Assembly: GCF_006345805.1 (NCBI RefSeq)
Contig: NC_042999.1
Location: 90,582,001 to 90,646,000 of the forward strand
Length of the DNA stretch: 64,000 nucleotides
Direction of reading: 5' to 3'
Source: Octopus sinensis
Lineage: Eukaryota
The position numbers and the translations under genes are program-made. The notes beneath the pieces were generated by a model that saw nothing but the letters and a program-made list of their open reading frames with translations, did not search any database and was not told where the DNA came from. Positions 36,760 through 49,140 of the stretch are shown piece by piece. The number at the start of each line of letters is the position of its first letter. Positions within the stretch are counted from its first letter, which is position 1.

Positions 36760-37135
36760 GTGAATTGTTCAAAATTGTATTATTTTACACCTGTTAGATC
36801 ATTTAAATAAAAAGAAGCAGGAAAGCAAAGAGATAAGAAAGGAAAAGAGAGAAAAGGAAAAAAGTGTGTGTGTTTGGAGTGGAGGGGAGGAGAAACTAGC
36901 GGAAAACGGGGGAGGAGGAAGGGGCGATGGGCCCCATACCCCCAGAACAGACGCTGTAATAACCACAATGGCGTTGCCGCGGAAAATGGCTAGCGATATT
37001 CGCTGCAGCAGCTCCTTCATCACGCTGGACTCATTTCCCCGACGTGCCACCGTTATCCCTATTTTGCGGAGGAAATCGGTTGTACAGGGTCCTAGAACAC
37101 ATGACGTCTCGACGACGATCGGCACAAACTGATAT
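36760..37135 (-). mobile_element. 3' end of a CRE-like (RLE) non-LTR retrotransposon
   Basis: PIVVETSCVLGPCTTDFLRKIG...ELLQRISLAIFRGNA matches the CRE-type C-terminal P.AVET.G.WG...QR.S.A.QRGNA pattern; pyrimidine-rich 3' UTR follows. Confidence 0.75.
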
Positions 37136-37204
37136 GATGGTCATTGAATGTTCAGGATGACATATACGGAGGCCATTGAAAATTTAGGAACGTCAATAAT
37201 ATTT

Positions 37205-37597
37205 TCTGTTAAAAGCACAAGGTCTGAAATTTTTGGGGAAGGGTTAAGTCGATTATATCGACCCCAGTGTGTAACTGGTGCTTAATTTATCGAACCCGAA
37301 AAGATGAAACCAAAGTCGACCTCGGCGGAATTTGAACTCAGAGCGTGGCGACGGGCGAAATACCTATTTCTTTACTACCCACAAGGAGCTAAACACAGAG
37401 GGAACAAACAAGGACAGACAAACGGATTAAGTCGATTATATTGACCCTAATACGTGACTGGTACTTATTTAATCGACCCCGAAAGGATGAAAAGCAAAGT
37501 CGACCTCGGCGGAATTTGAACTCAGAACGTAGCGACAGACGAAATGCCGCTAAGCATTTCGCCCGACGTGCTAACGTTTCTGCCAGCTCGCCGCCTT
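37205..37597 (-). mobile_element. SINE family 2 dimer (full head unit plus head-truncated unit)
   Basis: Same GAAATACCTATTTCTTTACTACCCACAAGG junction (about 37357) as at 17357 and 17541. Confidence 0.9.
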
Positions 37598-38045
37598 AGG
37601 AACGTCAATAATAGTGAGATGACGTGGGTGGTTTGGTTATATTTTCATCCTTGTTTGTTTGTTTGTTTGTTTGTTTTTTTCTTTCTTTCTTTATGGTTTT
37701 GGATGGATTTGGGTGCCTTTGCAAAAAAGTTGAAGATTTTACAAGGGTTTACAATCTCTGTGTACGTGTGTATGTGTGTGTGTTATGTGTATGTGTGTTA
37801 TGTGTGTGTGTGCATGTGTGTATGTGTGTGTATACCCTTATAGATGTTTAACAACGCTACTAGGCGTCCAGGCTGATTTGAAATTCTGCCTGTATTTTCT
37901 TGAAGTCTGGAAAAATGGATTTGATGGAGATTCGGATCAGGACACCAGTATAAGTTGGATTTTTTCTGTTTTGACGAATATTTTCCCAGTTTTTTTTCAC
38001 CATGGCCGTTGAAATGATGGGGGAAGCATTTTATGAAAAAAAGTT

Positions 38046-38426
38046 GGTACTTTCTGGTTATCTCACCCTCATCAAAAAATTGAGTTATCTCCCACCGTTT
38101 TACGGGAAATATCGGTACTTCTGGTTATCAACTACAAGAAAAAAAAATTAACTCGCAATAAAACAACAAAAAGAACCGAAAAATTAATAAACATGAAAAC
38201 TGAAAAAATTAAACATCTTATTGAATCTAATAACACTTTTATGATAATTCATAACATGCCTATTGAGGAGGTCAAACATCAATAATGTGTTAAAGTATTG
38301 AATCAAAAGGATCTAACTTTTTTAATCCAATCTCATGTCGCCACATTAACTCGATTTTTTAGTGGGGAGATAACCCAATTTTTTTATGGCAATTTTTTTA
38401 ATGGGGTGAGATAACCAGAAAGTACC
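38046..38426. mobile_element. MITE, Merlin-like
   Basis: Perfect 23-bp TIR GGTACTTTCTGGTTATCTCACCC; flanks AAAAAGTT and AAAAGGTT (7/8 match, candidate 8-bp TSD); internal sub-terminal TIR-like copies. The superfamily call is inferred from GG termini plus an 8-bp TSD. Confidence 0.8.
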
Positions 38427-38686
38427 AAAAGGTTTTTAAAAATTTATGAATTTTTTTCTACCCAGCTCTTTTACATCGCCCTCCAGACGGATTTTGGCCC
38501 ATTTTTGTTTGGCATTATCCACTTACAAACGATAGGAGAAGCTTTTTGGTAAAAAAAGAAATAAAATTTTGAAAATATTTTCTGACGGAAAGGTGTCTGA
38601 TTTAAGGGAAATTGAGCCGTTGTCTCTAACACATCCCACAAACACGTGATACCATTCTCGTTTCTTCCTCACCGTCGGCACGAAGG

Positions 38687-38729
<43 letters not shown>

Positions 38730-38769
38730 CGTGTGTATCTGTGTGTGTGTGTGTATGTAAGAAAAACAT

Positions 38770-38929
38770 ATTGAAAACCCGAGTACTTATTTTTTAAGTT
38801 GGGTACTTATTCTGTGGTTTTTCTTACACCGAACCGCTAGCTAAGGTGGGGCGTAAACAAAACAACACCACTTGTCAAGCGGTGTCGGGGGACAAACAGA
38901 TCACAAACACTAAAACACACACACACTCA

Positions 38930-39008
<79 letters not shown>

Positions 39009-39140
39009 TACACTTCCTTTAGTTTCCGTCTACCAAATCGACACAAGGCTTTGGTCGGCCTGTGACATCACACAATGAAACTGAACTTAAGACTACATGG
39101 TTGGGAAGCAAGCTTTCTTAACCACTCAGTTACGCTTGCA
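38770..39140 (-). mobile_element. SINE family 1, degenerate
   Basis: TTTCCGTCTACCAAAT..CACAAGGCTTTGGTCGGCC, with an internal (CA)n. Confidence 0.8.
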
Positions 39141-39204
39141 TCAATATGTGACTTAAAATTTTGGTTTTACACCGTAATTGAATATTCATAATACTTAAGT
39201 CGCA

Positions 39205-39425
39205 TTAAGCACAAGTGTGGCCGTGTTGGTTGTGTGGTAAGAAGTTTACTTCCTAACTACATGGTTCCGGGTTCAGTCTTACTGTGTGGCACCTTCGGCA
39301 AGTGTCTTCTGCTATACACCTCGGGCCGACAAAAACCTTGTAAGTGGATCTGGTAGACGGAGACTGGAAGAAGACTATATATATATATATATATAAACAA
39401 AGATAAATGCGATACAATAAAATTA

Positions 39426-39519
<94 letters not shown>

Positions 39520-39690
39520 GTATCTTTGGGTCTGTGTTTGTCCTCCACCATCACTTGACAACTGGTGGTTCGGCAAAAAAGACCGACAGAAAGATGTACC
39601 AGGCTTAGCAAAAAATTTAAGTACTGGGGTCGATTCATTCAACTCCAGCATGGTCGCAGTCTAATGGTAAGAGAATAAAAGAATTAACGG
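39205..39690 (+). mobile_element. SINE family 1
   Basis: tRNA-like head TGTGTGGTAAG...GGTTCCGGGTTCAG, CORE-like GGCACCTTCGGCAAGTGTCTT, internal (TA)n(TG)n, tail CTCCAGCATGG. Confidence 0.88.
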
Positions 39691-39889
39691 TATGCGTTTG
39701 CCCTATGATTAAAAAAACACATGACAAGGTATCTTTCGCCCGATCTTCATTATCTTTTGCATCAGCCTTGTATTATTTAAGAAAATATAAAATATTGTAT
39801 TCATATAGGCGCAGGAGTGGCTGCGCGGTAAGTAGCTTGCTTACTGCCGGTTACCCAGAATGCAACTCTAGTTGGTCTGGAGTGTTACA

Positions 39890-41420
39890 GTGAGAAGACG
39901 CGAGTTTTGGCCCTGTGAATAAAAAAAGAACAAAAAGAAAAATTGTCAATTATGGCTCGCTATAGCGAGCAAAACTATTGTGTTCTCATCACCATAACGG
40001 GGAATTGAGAATTTTTGTTATAAAATTCTTTAGTGTGGCTTTTTTCGCCAAATAATTTGCAAATTCTAGTGGGCGTATCTCGCTAGAAAAAGTGGAATTT
40101 ACCAAACTGGAGTACTTCAAGGATAACCCAGACTATTGGATTACCTGTTTGAGTATTATACAAAGGATTTCCTGTCTGTTCTATTTGTGAGGTTTTCTTT
40201 TATTTTTCCCTTCTGCCATTTTTTCTTTCTTTCTAAATTTTGGTTCATTCTTTTCATTATTTTAATTTAAGTTTCCTTTCCTTCTCTTTTATTTTGTTTT
40301 ACTTCTATTTTTATTCGGTTTTAATTTTTTGGCGGACTGTTTTTTGAACTACTTTTGAACTGTTTTTGGACATGGCAGAGAAGGAACTGTCTTGGAGTGG
40401 GAAATTAACCCGCCTAAGCAGTGGTTAAAAGATATGGAGGAGAGTACGGTAGTGGTTAGAACTTATTCTAAAGTGCTTGATTCCATCACCGTCTTCCCAA
40501 AACCAATTATAGAAAATGAACTGAAAGACTATTTGTCCTTTGTGAAATACATATCCCGTGGTGTCAAACATGCAACCGAGAAAAGGCTCGCAATTTTGCA
40601 AGTCAGCCTTTAGAGGGCAACGAAATTCTGTTCCTCCCGTCATACTGCGGGAAGAAATTAATAAGAGCCTGGGTATGTGGGTTACCCCCAGCCATCAAGG
40701 TGGGTTGGATTGAAGATACCATCCGACGGGGACTGGGGGATAGCAGGCCCAGGCACTTAAATGTAAGGGTATTTCCGGCGGTCGATTGGGAAGGGTCAAA
40801 AGCGATTTTGACCCTGTGGACCCCATCGGTTCAGCCTCCTCAACCCAAAAAGGATTAAAAAGGAAGAAGGCGAGCAACTATTGTTGGCCGTCGAAGGACC
40901 CTAAGGCTTCGGGAGGTGGGGTAGAGACTCCGGACAAAGCGGAAGAGCTCCACTCTCCCGAATTCAAGAAGAAAAGAAAAAGAAGAAAGAAGAACGAGTC
41001 ATCACAGGGGGGAGATGATGTACCGTCTGCTTGTCCCGAAGTTGTGCCACCCACGGAGGAAAAAAACGACCCCCACCCTTAAAGATGATGAATTAATTAT
41101 CTTTTTCTACAAGGGCGGGGAAGTGGCAAAAATAGTAGAAGAGCATAAAGAAATAGTAGATATGACTTACATGTCCTACATGAGTGAGGCATGGGAAATG
41201 GCGGAATACAGGAACTTAAGCGGCATTGAAGATAATGATGAATATATCGATGAGTAGTAGGAGAAAAAGCCTCGTTAGAGGGTTTGAAACCTCATCTTAT
41301 TGTATTATTTGTAGTGGTTTATAACCTCAATTGTGTGTTTTAAAAAAAAACATGTTAAGTCAGAGGTTTTAGTGCCTCCTTCTTGTACAGATGTTTGAAA
41401 CCTCATATTCATTTAAAAAT
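39890..41420 (+). mobile_element. Degenerate ORF1-only L1/Tx1-like element
   Basis: T-rich 5' UTR, ATG at 40372, broken frames MEESTVVVRTYSKVL... and LPSYCGKKLIRAWVCGLPP (similar to the ORF1 at about 12330), Lys-rich then acidic tail ending about 41257, short 3' region with an A-rich end; no APE or RT. Confidence 0.55.
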
Positions 41421-41571
41421 AAGAAAATATGTTTTCGAGAAAAATCCAATCGGCGGGTGTTGGGTTTCGACTCTCATTTATTCATTTTATTTCATTTTCA
41501 TTCATTAATATGTTTGTCCAGCCCGCAAAGCTACTCAATCTTTGTACTGTCTATATAATAAATTTCATGAA

Positions 41572-41714
41572 ATTAAGTAGCTTGCTTACCAGCCCCATGG
41601 TTCCGGGTTCAGTCCCACTGCAGGGTACCTTGGCCAAGTGTCTTCTACTATAGCCTCAGGCCAACAAAAGGCTTGTGAGGGGATTTGGTAGACGGAAACT
41701 GAAAGAGGCCCGTC

Positions 41715-41804
<90 letters not shown>

Positions 41805-41950
41805 ACGTCCCCATCACTTAGCATTTCGGCAAAAGAGACCGATAGAATAAGTACTAGGCTTACAAAGAATAAGTCATGGGGACGATTTGCTCGACTAAAA
41901 GGTGGTGCTCCAGCATGGCCGCAGTCAGATGACTGAAACAAATAAAAGAA
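41572..41950 (+). mobile_element. SINE family 1
   Basis: GGTTCCGGGTTCAGTCCCACTG, ACCTTGGCCAAGTGTCTT, (TA)n(TG)n, 3' GGTGGTGCTCCAGCATGGCCGCAGTCAGATGACTGAAAC. Confidence 0.92.
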
Positions 41951-42338
41951 TATGTACAAATTTTTTGATGTATGATATAGTCTTAAAAAAAGCAAAAAAA
42001 AAAAGAACGAAAAGAAAAACCCAAAACATTTTCCTTTGTTGTTTTTAACATAATTTTGAGTCCACTTGAATTTCCTATTCTGTACTTAGCTTATAATAAA
42101 AAAAAAAGTGACGAATACAAAAAGCGAATAAGAAGTTAAACTCACTCTCTCACATGCTTGTGTATTAATTTTAATTCAAAACGAAAATTTCATAACAGTT
42201 ATTACTAGGGTGTGTTGCAAAATATTCTAGGCTCTATGAAGAGAGGAGGCAGTTGGGAATTTTACTTTGTTTTCGACTGATTTGTATTGTTCGTGACAGT
42301 TATGCATTTTTTCAAACAAAACTATATACATCCATATA

Positions 42339-42375
<37 letters not shown>

Positions 42376-43058
42376 AGCACACACATATATATATATGTAT
42401 GTATATATATACACACATACATACATACATACATACATACAAAATGTACATACAAACTTATACATATGTATATAGTATGTAATGAGATCTGCATATGCAA
42501 TTACACTCATGCCTACAGTCATGTGTGCATGTGCACATGCACAAGCGTAATTATATGTACATATATATATATATATATATACACACATGTATGCATTAGA
42601 ATCTGTAGGATGTGTGCATCTCTCTCGCCCTCAATATATGTATGTGGGTATGAGTGTGTATATATACATATATGTATATATATACATATATATATATGTA
42701 TATACATATATGCATGTGCATGTATATATACATATGCATCATATATATGCATGATAAATATATGTGTACAAACAAAAACGCACATATATATGCATATATA
42801 CATGCATATGCATATATACATACATATGTATGTATAATGTACACACACAAATAACCCAACTCTCTCACACATTCATATGTGAGTGGGAATGAAATGCTTC
42901 TTTGATTACTTTGAAACTTTTCAGGTGATATTTAAGAAATAGGAATTAATGAGCAAGTAAGAGATATATTTGCATTATCACGTGTAGCGTAAACTATAAT
43001 TTGTAGTGTGGCATGTACATAATGTCATTTGCATCGGTAAACAGCAGTTTCAGGCATA

Positions 43059-43210
43059 TCTTCTTCTTCTTCTTCTTCTTCTTCTTCTTCTTCTTCTTCT
43101 TCTTCTTCTTCTTCTTCTTCTTCTTCTTCTTCTTCTTCTCCTCCTCCTCCTCCTCCTCCTCCTCCTCATAACCACAACAACAACAACAACAATAATAATT
43201 ATTATTATTG
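43059..43210. repeat. Compound (CTT)n(CCT)n(CAA)n microsatellite
   Basis: Direct reading. Confidence 0.97.
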
Positions 43211-43439
43211 TGTGCTGAAACGAATAGACGTCGTTAGATAAGCGGCGTAAAGGAAGTAATTAGTATCAAGATTACTTGTCAAGAAAAAATTGCTTTTTAT
43301 TCTTTTAACCATCAAATAGCATTAAGAATATTTGAACATTTAACACCTTGCCTGAGTGAGCCGAACGGCTTGTTTTTAAACATTTTTAACTGTTTTATGA
43401 CAACAACTACATTCCGTCCATCATTTGAAAATATTTTAT

Positions 43440-43990
43440 GTCAAAAGGTTCGACTCAGCTGAAGAGAGCTCAAGGAAAAGCTAAAGAGTTAACCGAGTTA
43501 TATTACAAAAGACTGCGCCTTCTTGCTCGATGAATAAATCCAGGCAACAGAGAGAAGAAAATGAAGTATCATATAGTGTGGTGTTGCATATTTCCCAGAG
43601 AGTCCTGGCCAATGTGTAAAAGAATGCATTCCATCGATTGCGAATGTGGCAGACTTCGTCTCCTTTTTAAGTCTAACGACGAAGCTAGGATGCTGACTCA
43701 CCAGATGATCCACACACCTGTTCATTGGGAAGTTTCAAAGTACAAAGCTCTCAGGAATCCAGGGTCCACAGCTAAAGATATTGACACGAATGTCAACACC
43801 TATGCACAACAGAAAGGGTATATGTAGAGCGCCAAGGTGATCCACATCGAAATGGGGGTCTGTATTGATATCAAGATATTAATAACCACCAGAGGCCTCA
43901 AGAATATTCAGGGGATGTACTGTATTGAGACTGAAAGTCAGTCAGCGTGATCAGAAAACTTAGTTACTGCTTGTGTGGCAACGAAGCCTC
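43440..43990 (+). mobile_element. Very degenerate R4-like post-RT fragment
   Basis: ELYYKRLRLL...NREKKMK and AKDIDTNV resemble the region after RT in the R4 elements; weak. Confidence 0.35.
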
Positions 43991-44057
43991 TTGAGAAACT
44001 TCTACCCAAGAGATGAGGAAAGGCAAACGAAAAAGGACACAAAAAGCAGCAATGATA

Positions 44058-44110
44058 CCACTACCACCACCACCACCACCACCACCACCACCACCACCAC
44101 CACCACCACC

Positions 44111-44170
<60 letters not shown>

Positions 44171-44181
44171 CAACAACAACA

Positions 44182-44229
<48 letters not shown>

Positions 44230-44270
44230 GTTTCTGCTGCTGCTGCTGCGACTACCACTACTATTACTAC
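44058..44270. repeat. Compound (CAC)n(CAA)n(CTA)n(CTG)n microsatellite
   Basis: Direct reading. Confidence 0.97.
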
Positions 44271-45317
44271 CATTGTTTCGGAGCCTCATCTGCTGGCATG
44301 CCGTATTGTCATAAGAAATAGGTATTAGGACAGTCAGACTGTCAAAGCTGGGTGACAGACAGCTTTTACTCCTCCCCAAAATCTAAACTACACCCCGTAG
44401 CACTACGGGAAATGGAAATTGAGGACGGTTAGACGTACTGCTCTCCAGTAAATTTAAGAAAGGTAAAGGCGTGAATTTGGTGACCCACTGGTGACTGACC
44501 CTTTAGTTTCGTCTGAGTGTTAGAACTAAGAGTAGGTATAAGACTAGGTGATCGTGGTTCGGTACGTTGATCCTCTTTGATTGTGTGTTTTTGTGTGCGA
44601 GAGAAAGAGAAAGAGAGAGGAAGAGAGAAAGAGAAAGAGAGAGGAAGAGAGAAAGAGAGAAAAATGGAGGAAGAGAGATGTTATACCAGGCTGGTGTAGC
44701 CATGTAGGATGTAATTGCGATCTATTAACTTACGACGCATTAAGCCCTGAAGCTTATTCAAATTTTAAAGTTTTATCTTGTGCGTGTTCTTTTAGTCAAA
44801 ACTTGTCTTTGGGTGGACTGGCAGGTTCTATTAATATTGATAAGTGAAAGCCGGAAACGTAGGACATATACCCCTGCTGTTCATATACTGAATGTTTCTA
44901 GCACTTTATCCCAGTACAATATCCTTGCATTAGTATCCACAAAGACTGAAATAATAAATAATAACGAAGAAACTTAATCGCCGTATGTCCTGAAGCAACC
45001 GTGTTCGAAATTTACTTTGTAGTATACTAAACGATTTCGACGCTTCTAAAGTTTATTTACAAAATGTTGCATTCCAAAAGCTATCATTATTTAGCGTTAA
45101 AATTGACGGGAATTGTTGTCAGTTTAATGACACTTTTGTTTAACTTAATGGTAGAGTACTCAGCCAGTATCTGAGGGGGTACGGTTTCGAGTCCTGTAGG
45201 TATCTGCTGATAACTTTCTTCGCCTTATAAAGATAAAATACCCAATCTTTCTGTTATTTTTACGGCTATACTGCGTTGGAAATTTACTTTCTTGTCTTAC
45301 ACACACGTGTATATATA

Positions 45318-45371
<54 letters not shown>

Positions 45372-48014
45372 CTACCTACCAACATACTTACAAATATATG
45401 TGTGTTTGTATATATATTTTACATCTAATATTATATACACCTTCATAAAGGAAACGAAACGCTAACGATCATAGATAAAAAATTCAAAATAACAGAAAGG
45501 CAGATATTTCTCATTGGTTGAGTGGTCACATTCGGCTGCACTGTTGCGTTAAAATATCACGTAGAATTTAAGCAATATTACCTTATATGATATATCAGAG
45601 AGATTACATTCAACGTGCTATATAAATCTGATATAGTGTAAAGTTCTTCAATTAAAATATATAAATGAATAAAGTAGAATGTATTTTCACGCCCTTACAC
45701 AAACATATTCATTCAGGAACGAGAACAAACGCCGATCCACTTCATTGTCAAAGTAAATATGGAAAATGAAAGATCGAGGAGAAAACACACATAACAGAGT
45801 GGCAGTAAGTGAAATTTGTGTGCAATCGCAAAATTTAACACTGAGTAAAAATGTTAACATTGGCGGATAGCATTATAAATATAAACAAGAGAGAAAGAGG
45901 CTGTCTATTTTTGTTTGCACACAAGTCATGCTATGATCCTTGAAGCATAACTCTGTTATGGATACATTCCAGCTACGAACCAGTTAAATAGCTGATAGCC
46001 GAACCAGTTAAATAGCTGATGGAACTGAAATATTCGTCATCCCATTCAAATATATTCAACACACTCCCCCATGGCTATCCTGCTCTGTTTGATTGTATCT
46101 TAACCCCACCAGCAGGACCGGGGCACTTCAAATTCGGTGAGCCCCTCATACACAAGAATTAAAATCTTGAAAAATTCGCCAAATATAATCTCAAAACTCA
46201 TGTACTACATGTAATGAATTTGACATGTTAGCAGAGAAAGTTTAAATAAACAGCTGAAAATGTTGCTTTATAGACACACTTTTCAAAATCCAAATTGTTT
46301 TCTCACACATCCACTTGCAGTGTTTGACTTTTCCTTCATTGTGAAAAGTACAATGAAGGAAGGAAGAAGGGATTGATATATTTTTCTCTAATGCGAGTTA
46401 CAAATGTTTCAGAATGTAGAATATGATAAAAGGAAAGAAAATTACGAAAAAGAAAAATATATCATTTTAGTGGTTGTTGATGTTCCAAAGGTACAATGAG
46501 TGTGTGTGTTTGGGTGAGTGAGGTGGGGGACAAACATTTAAAAGACGGGGCTGTTAAAAATGTTTGTTTTAAAAAAGTCTTCCTTCATTGTTTTGCAAAG
46601 CGTGAAATAAAGGGAAAATCCTGACGTAAACGGTGAAATTCCAACATATATAACAGCTATTCCAAAAGTCTGCTTTTGTCTTGTAAGGAGTGGTGAGTAA
46701 TTTTTACTGCATTTTTGATTTTGAGGAAAGAAAAATGTTTTTAAAAATGTTCACCACCGAACAAAAACTATATGAGCTATACAAATGACCTTCTCTAAAT
46801 GCATTAAAAACACTATAACATATTCAGAACTCTATTTCATAAAATTATCCCCGTTCTCTTTGAGCATTTGAAAGACGAATTTAGATGGGGCAAAAGGAGT
46901 ACGACAAGATAAAATAAATGCCCCTTCAATTCTTGAGAATTGCCATTAAAAAATACCCCCCCCCCCCAAAAAAAAACTCATGCACATCAATATTGATTCT
47001 TAGAGACAACAAAGATAATAAATTTTGCAAAAATTAAAAATATCTAGGGAAAGAGACACATGAAAAATGGCATTATATGAAATTAACGAAACTCGACTAA
47101 ATCAAAAACCTCAAAGTCAAATATTCTCTACAGTTTTTTCACAATCTGCAAGAGTGGCTCTCGGAAAAATTCTGGTTTAAGCACCGCCATATAACCTCTC
47201 ATAAACGTTTTTTATTTTTTCGAATTTTAAAAAACTTTTGCGAATTTGTGTTCTACAAAAGGGAATTCATACGACTAAATCACAGTTTAAAATAAGGACA
47301 TTCCGAATTTTTTTCCCAGCAATTGATCATTAAATGTGTTTATAGGAAGAAAGATATTAAAAAACATCAATACTTCAGAGTGGTGACAAACAAACGAAGA
47401 GGGAACCAAGTGGTTCTGAGATGTGCTAAAAATAACAGCTAAATAGCCCTTAAATCACACAAAAAACTCTTTTTGTTTTTTTTATAACCATATGAATATC
47501 TGTGTGTAGAGTACGATGTCGCAAAAATCCTGTTTGATTCTCTTCCTGATACATTTATGCACCATGTCATTAAAGAGAAGAAATTATAAAAATTACTCAT
47601 TACTCATTATACCCCAATTTAGCCATAACTTTTATTTTAAATTGAAAATTATCTAATTGGACATTGATGTGGGTAAAACCTGATGTGCACTCCAATAGAG
47701 AAAAGGATATTGCTTGTTAAACACCAAAAATTATCAAGATATTTCATTAGCAACTTCAATTACAATTGGGTCAAATTTGAGGAAACATTTCTTTAAAAAA
47801 AATGTTACTTGACTGTTTCAAACTCTCTCTAATGCACAACATCTATGGTGACCAGTGTTTACTCCCAAAGATGCTGCAACAGTACAATATGGTAAGGCAA
47901 TACTTTCAATGTAATTGTTTCAAACAGGTAGTGAGAATACTATTTTATGTTTTTGAGATGAGGAATTATGTACATTATTTACAATGGACAGATAGGTGTC
48001 CTCACCTTGTTGTT

Positions 48015-48058
48015 ATGACAATGTTTCGGCTGATGTACTCGCCAGCCTTCATCAGGTA
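48015..48058 (-). ncRNA. Hammerhead motif in the left inverted repeat
   Basis: CUGAUGA-A-GGCUG(10-nt loop)CAGCC-GAAA-CAUU-GUC. The ACGU palindrome is mutated to ACAU and stem I is weak. Confidence 0.7.
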
Positions 48059-49121
48059 TTCTGGTAGAATTTTGAACCCAACCCTATATTTGACCAATGG
48101 GGTACACTGTTCTTATTTCTAAAGTATGTTGCTGATGTTATTTTTCTGTTGATATTATTTTTCAAGTCCCTGCCTGGGATCGAACTTAGAATTTGAGAAT
48201 GGGTGGGAAAGGACAATCAGCTGGCATTCCTGGGGGGTATTAATAACATGCACTGAATATGGGTTCATGACATCCGTATACCGCAAGCCAACCTTCACTG
48301 GACAGAGCCTAAAACAACTGCTCAGTGCCTAAAACATCGAACAAAGACTACAAGTAGCAATCCTGATGCACACCAGGAAGAAATGATCAGGCTGAGAAGC
48401 AATCTGCTATGCAACAACTACCCAAAGAACATACTATCCATCCAATTAAGAAGAGGAGAGAGAAGATGAAGCCCATAAACTGGGCGCACTCTGTCTACCC
48501 TATTTCAAGCTTCTCGGGAAAGATACAAAAGATATGCGGTCCATATGACATCAGGATAGTATTCAGAAGTAATACGACACTTCGCTGATATCTTCTCCGA
48601 GTAAAACCTCCCATAGAAGAGAATGTGACCAAAATCTGCGTGTACTCTATCCCATGCAGTTGTGGTAGGTTATGCAAAGGCGAAACATACCGCCTCCTTA
48701 AAGAAAGAGTAGAGGAACATCGAAAAGCTGTGACACGGGAGGATGTTGAAAAATCGGGTATAGTCGATCATGTATGGGAAAAAGAGACCACCTCCCGCTG
48801 TGGGATGAAGTTAAAATAATCGACGGAGAGCCCCACTAGAAAATACGGGCTGCACATATGCTAGGACACAATAGCCTCCTAAGTAGACCTAGTGCGGATA
48901 TGAATGTAATATGGGAACCAGTGTTAAGAAAAGATAAAAATACTAGGTTTATAAGCCCTAAAAATTCACTCACGGGCATATAACATAGTGGACGAGGGCG
49001 CGGGCTACTCACCCTCGGATTCTAAGTTCAATCCCAGGCAGGGACTTGAAAAATAATATCAATAGAAAAATAACATCAGCAACGTACCTTGGAAATGAGA
49101 ACAGTTTATCCCATTAGTCAA

Positions 49122-49140
49122 AGGGTTAGGGTTAGGGTTA
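49122..49140 (+). repeat. Interstitial (TTAGGG)-type repeat inside the right PLE arm
   Basis: AGGGTTAGGGTTAGGGTTA. Confidence 0.9.

Noticed and set aside
39205-39300. tRNA gene
   Set aside because: A/B boxes are present but there is no complete cloverleaf; this is a SINE head, as are the other copies.
45976-46020. 24-bp tandem duplication
   Set aside because: Real but isolated; ordinary slippage.
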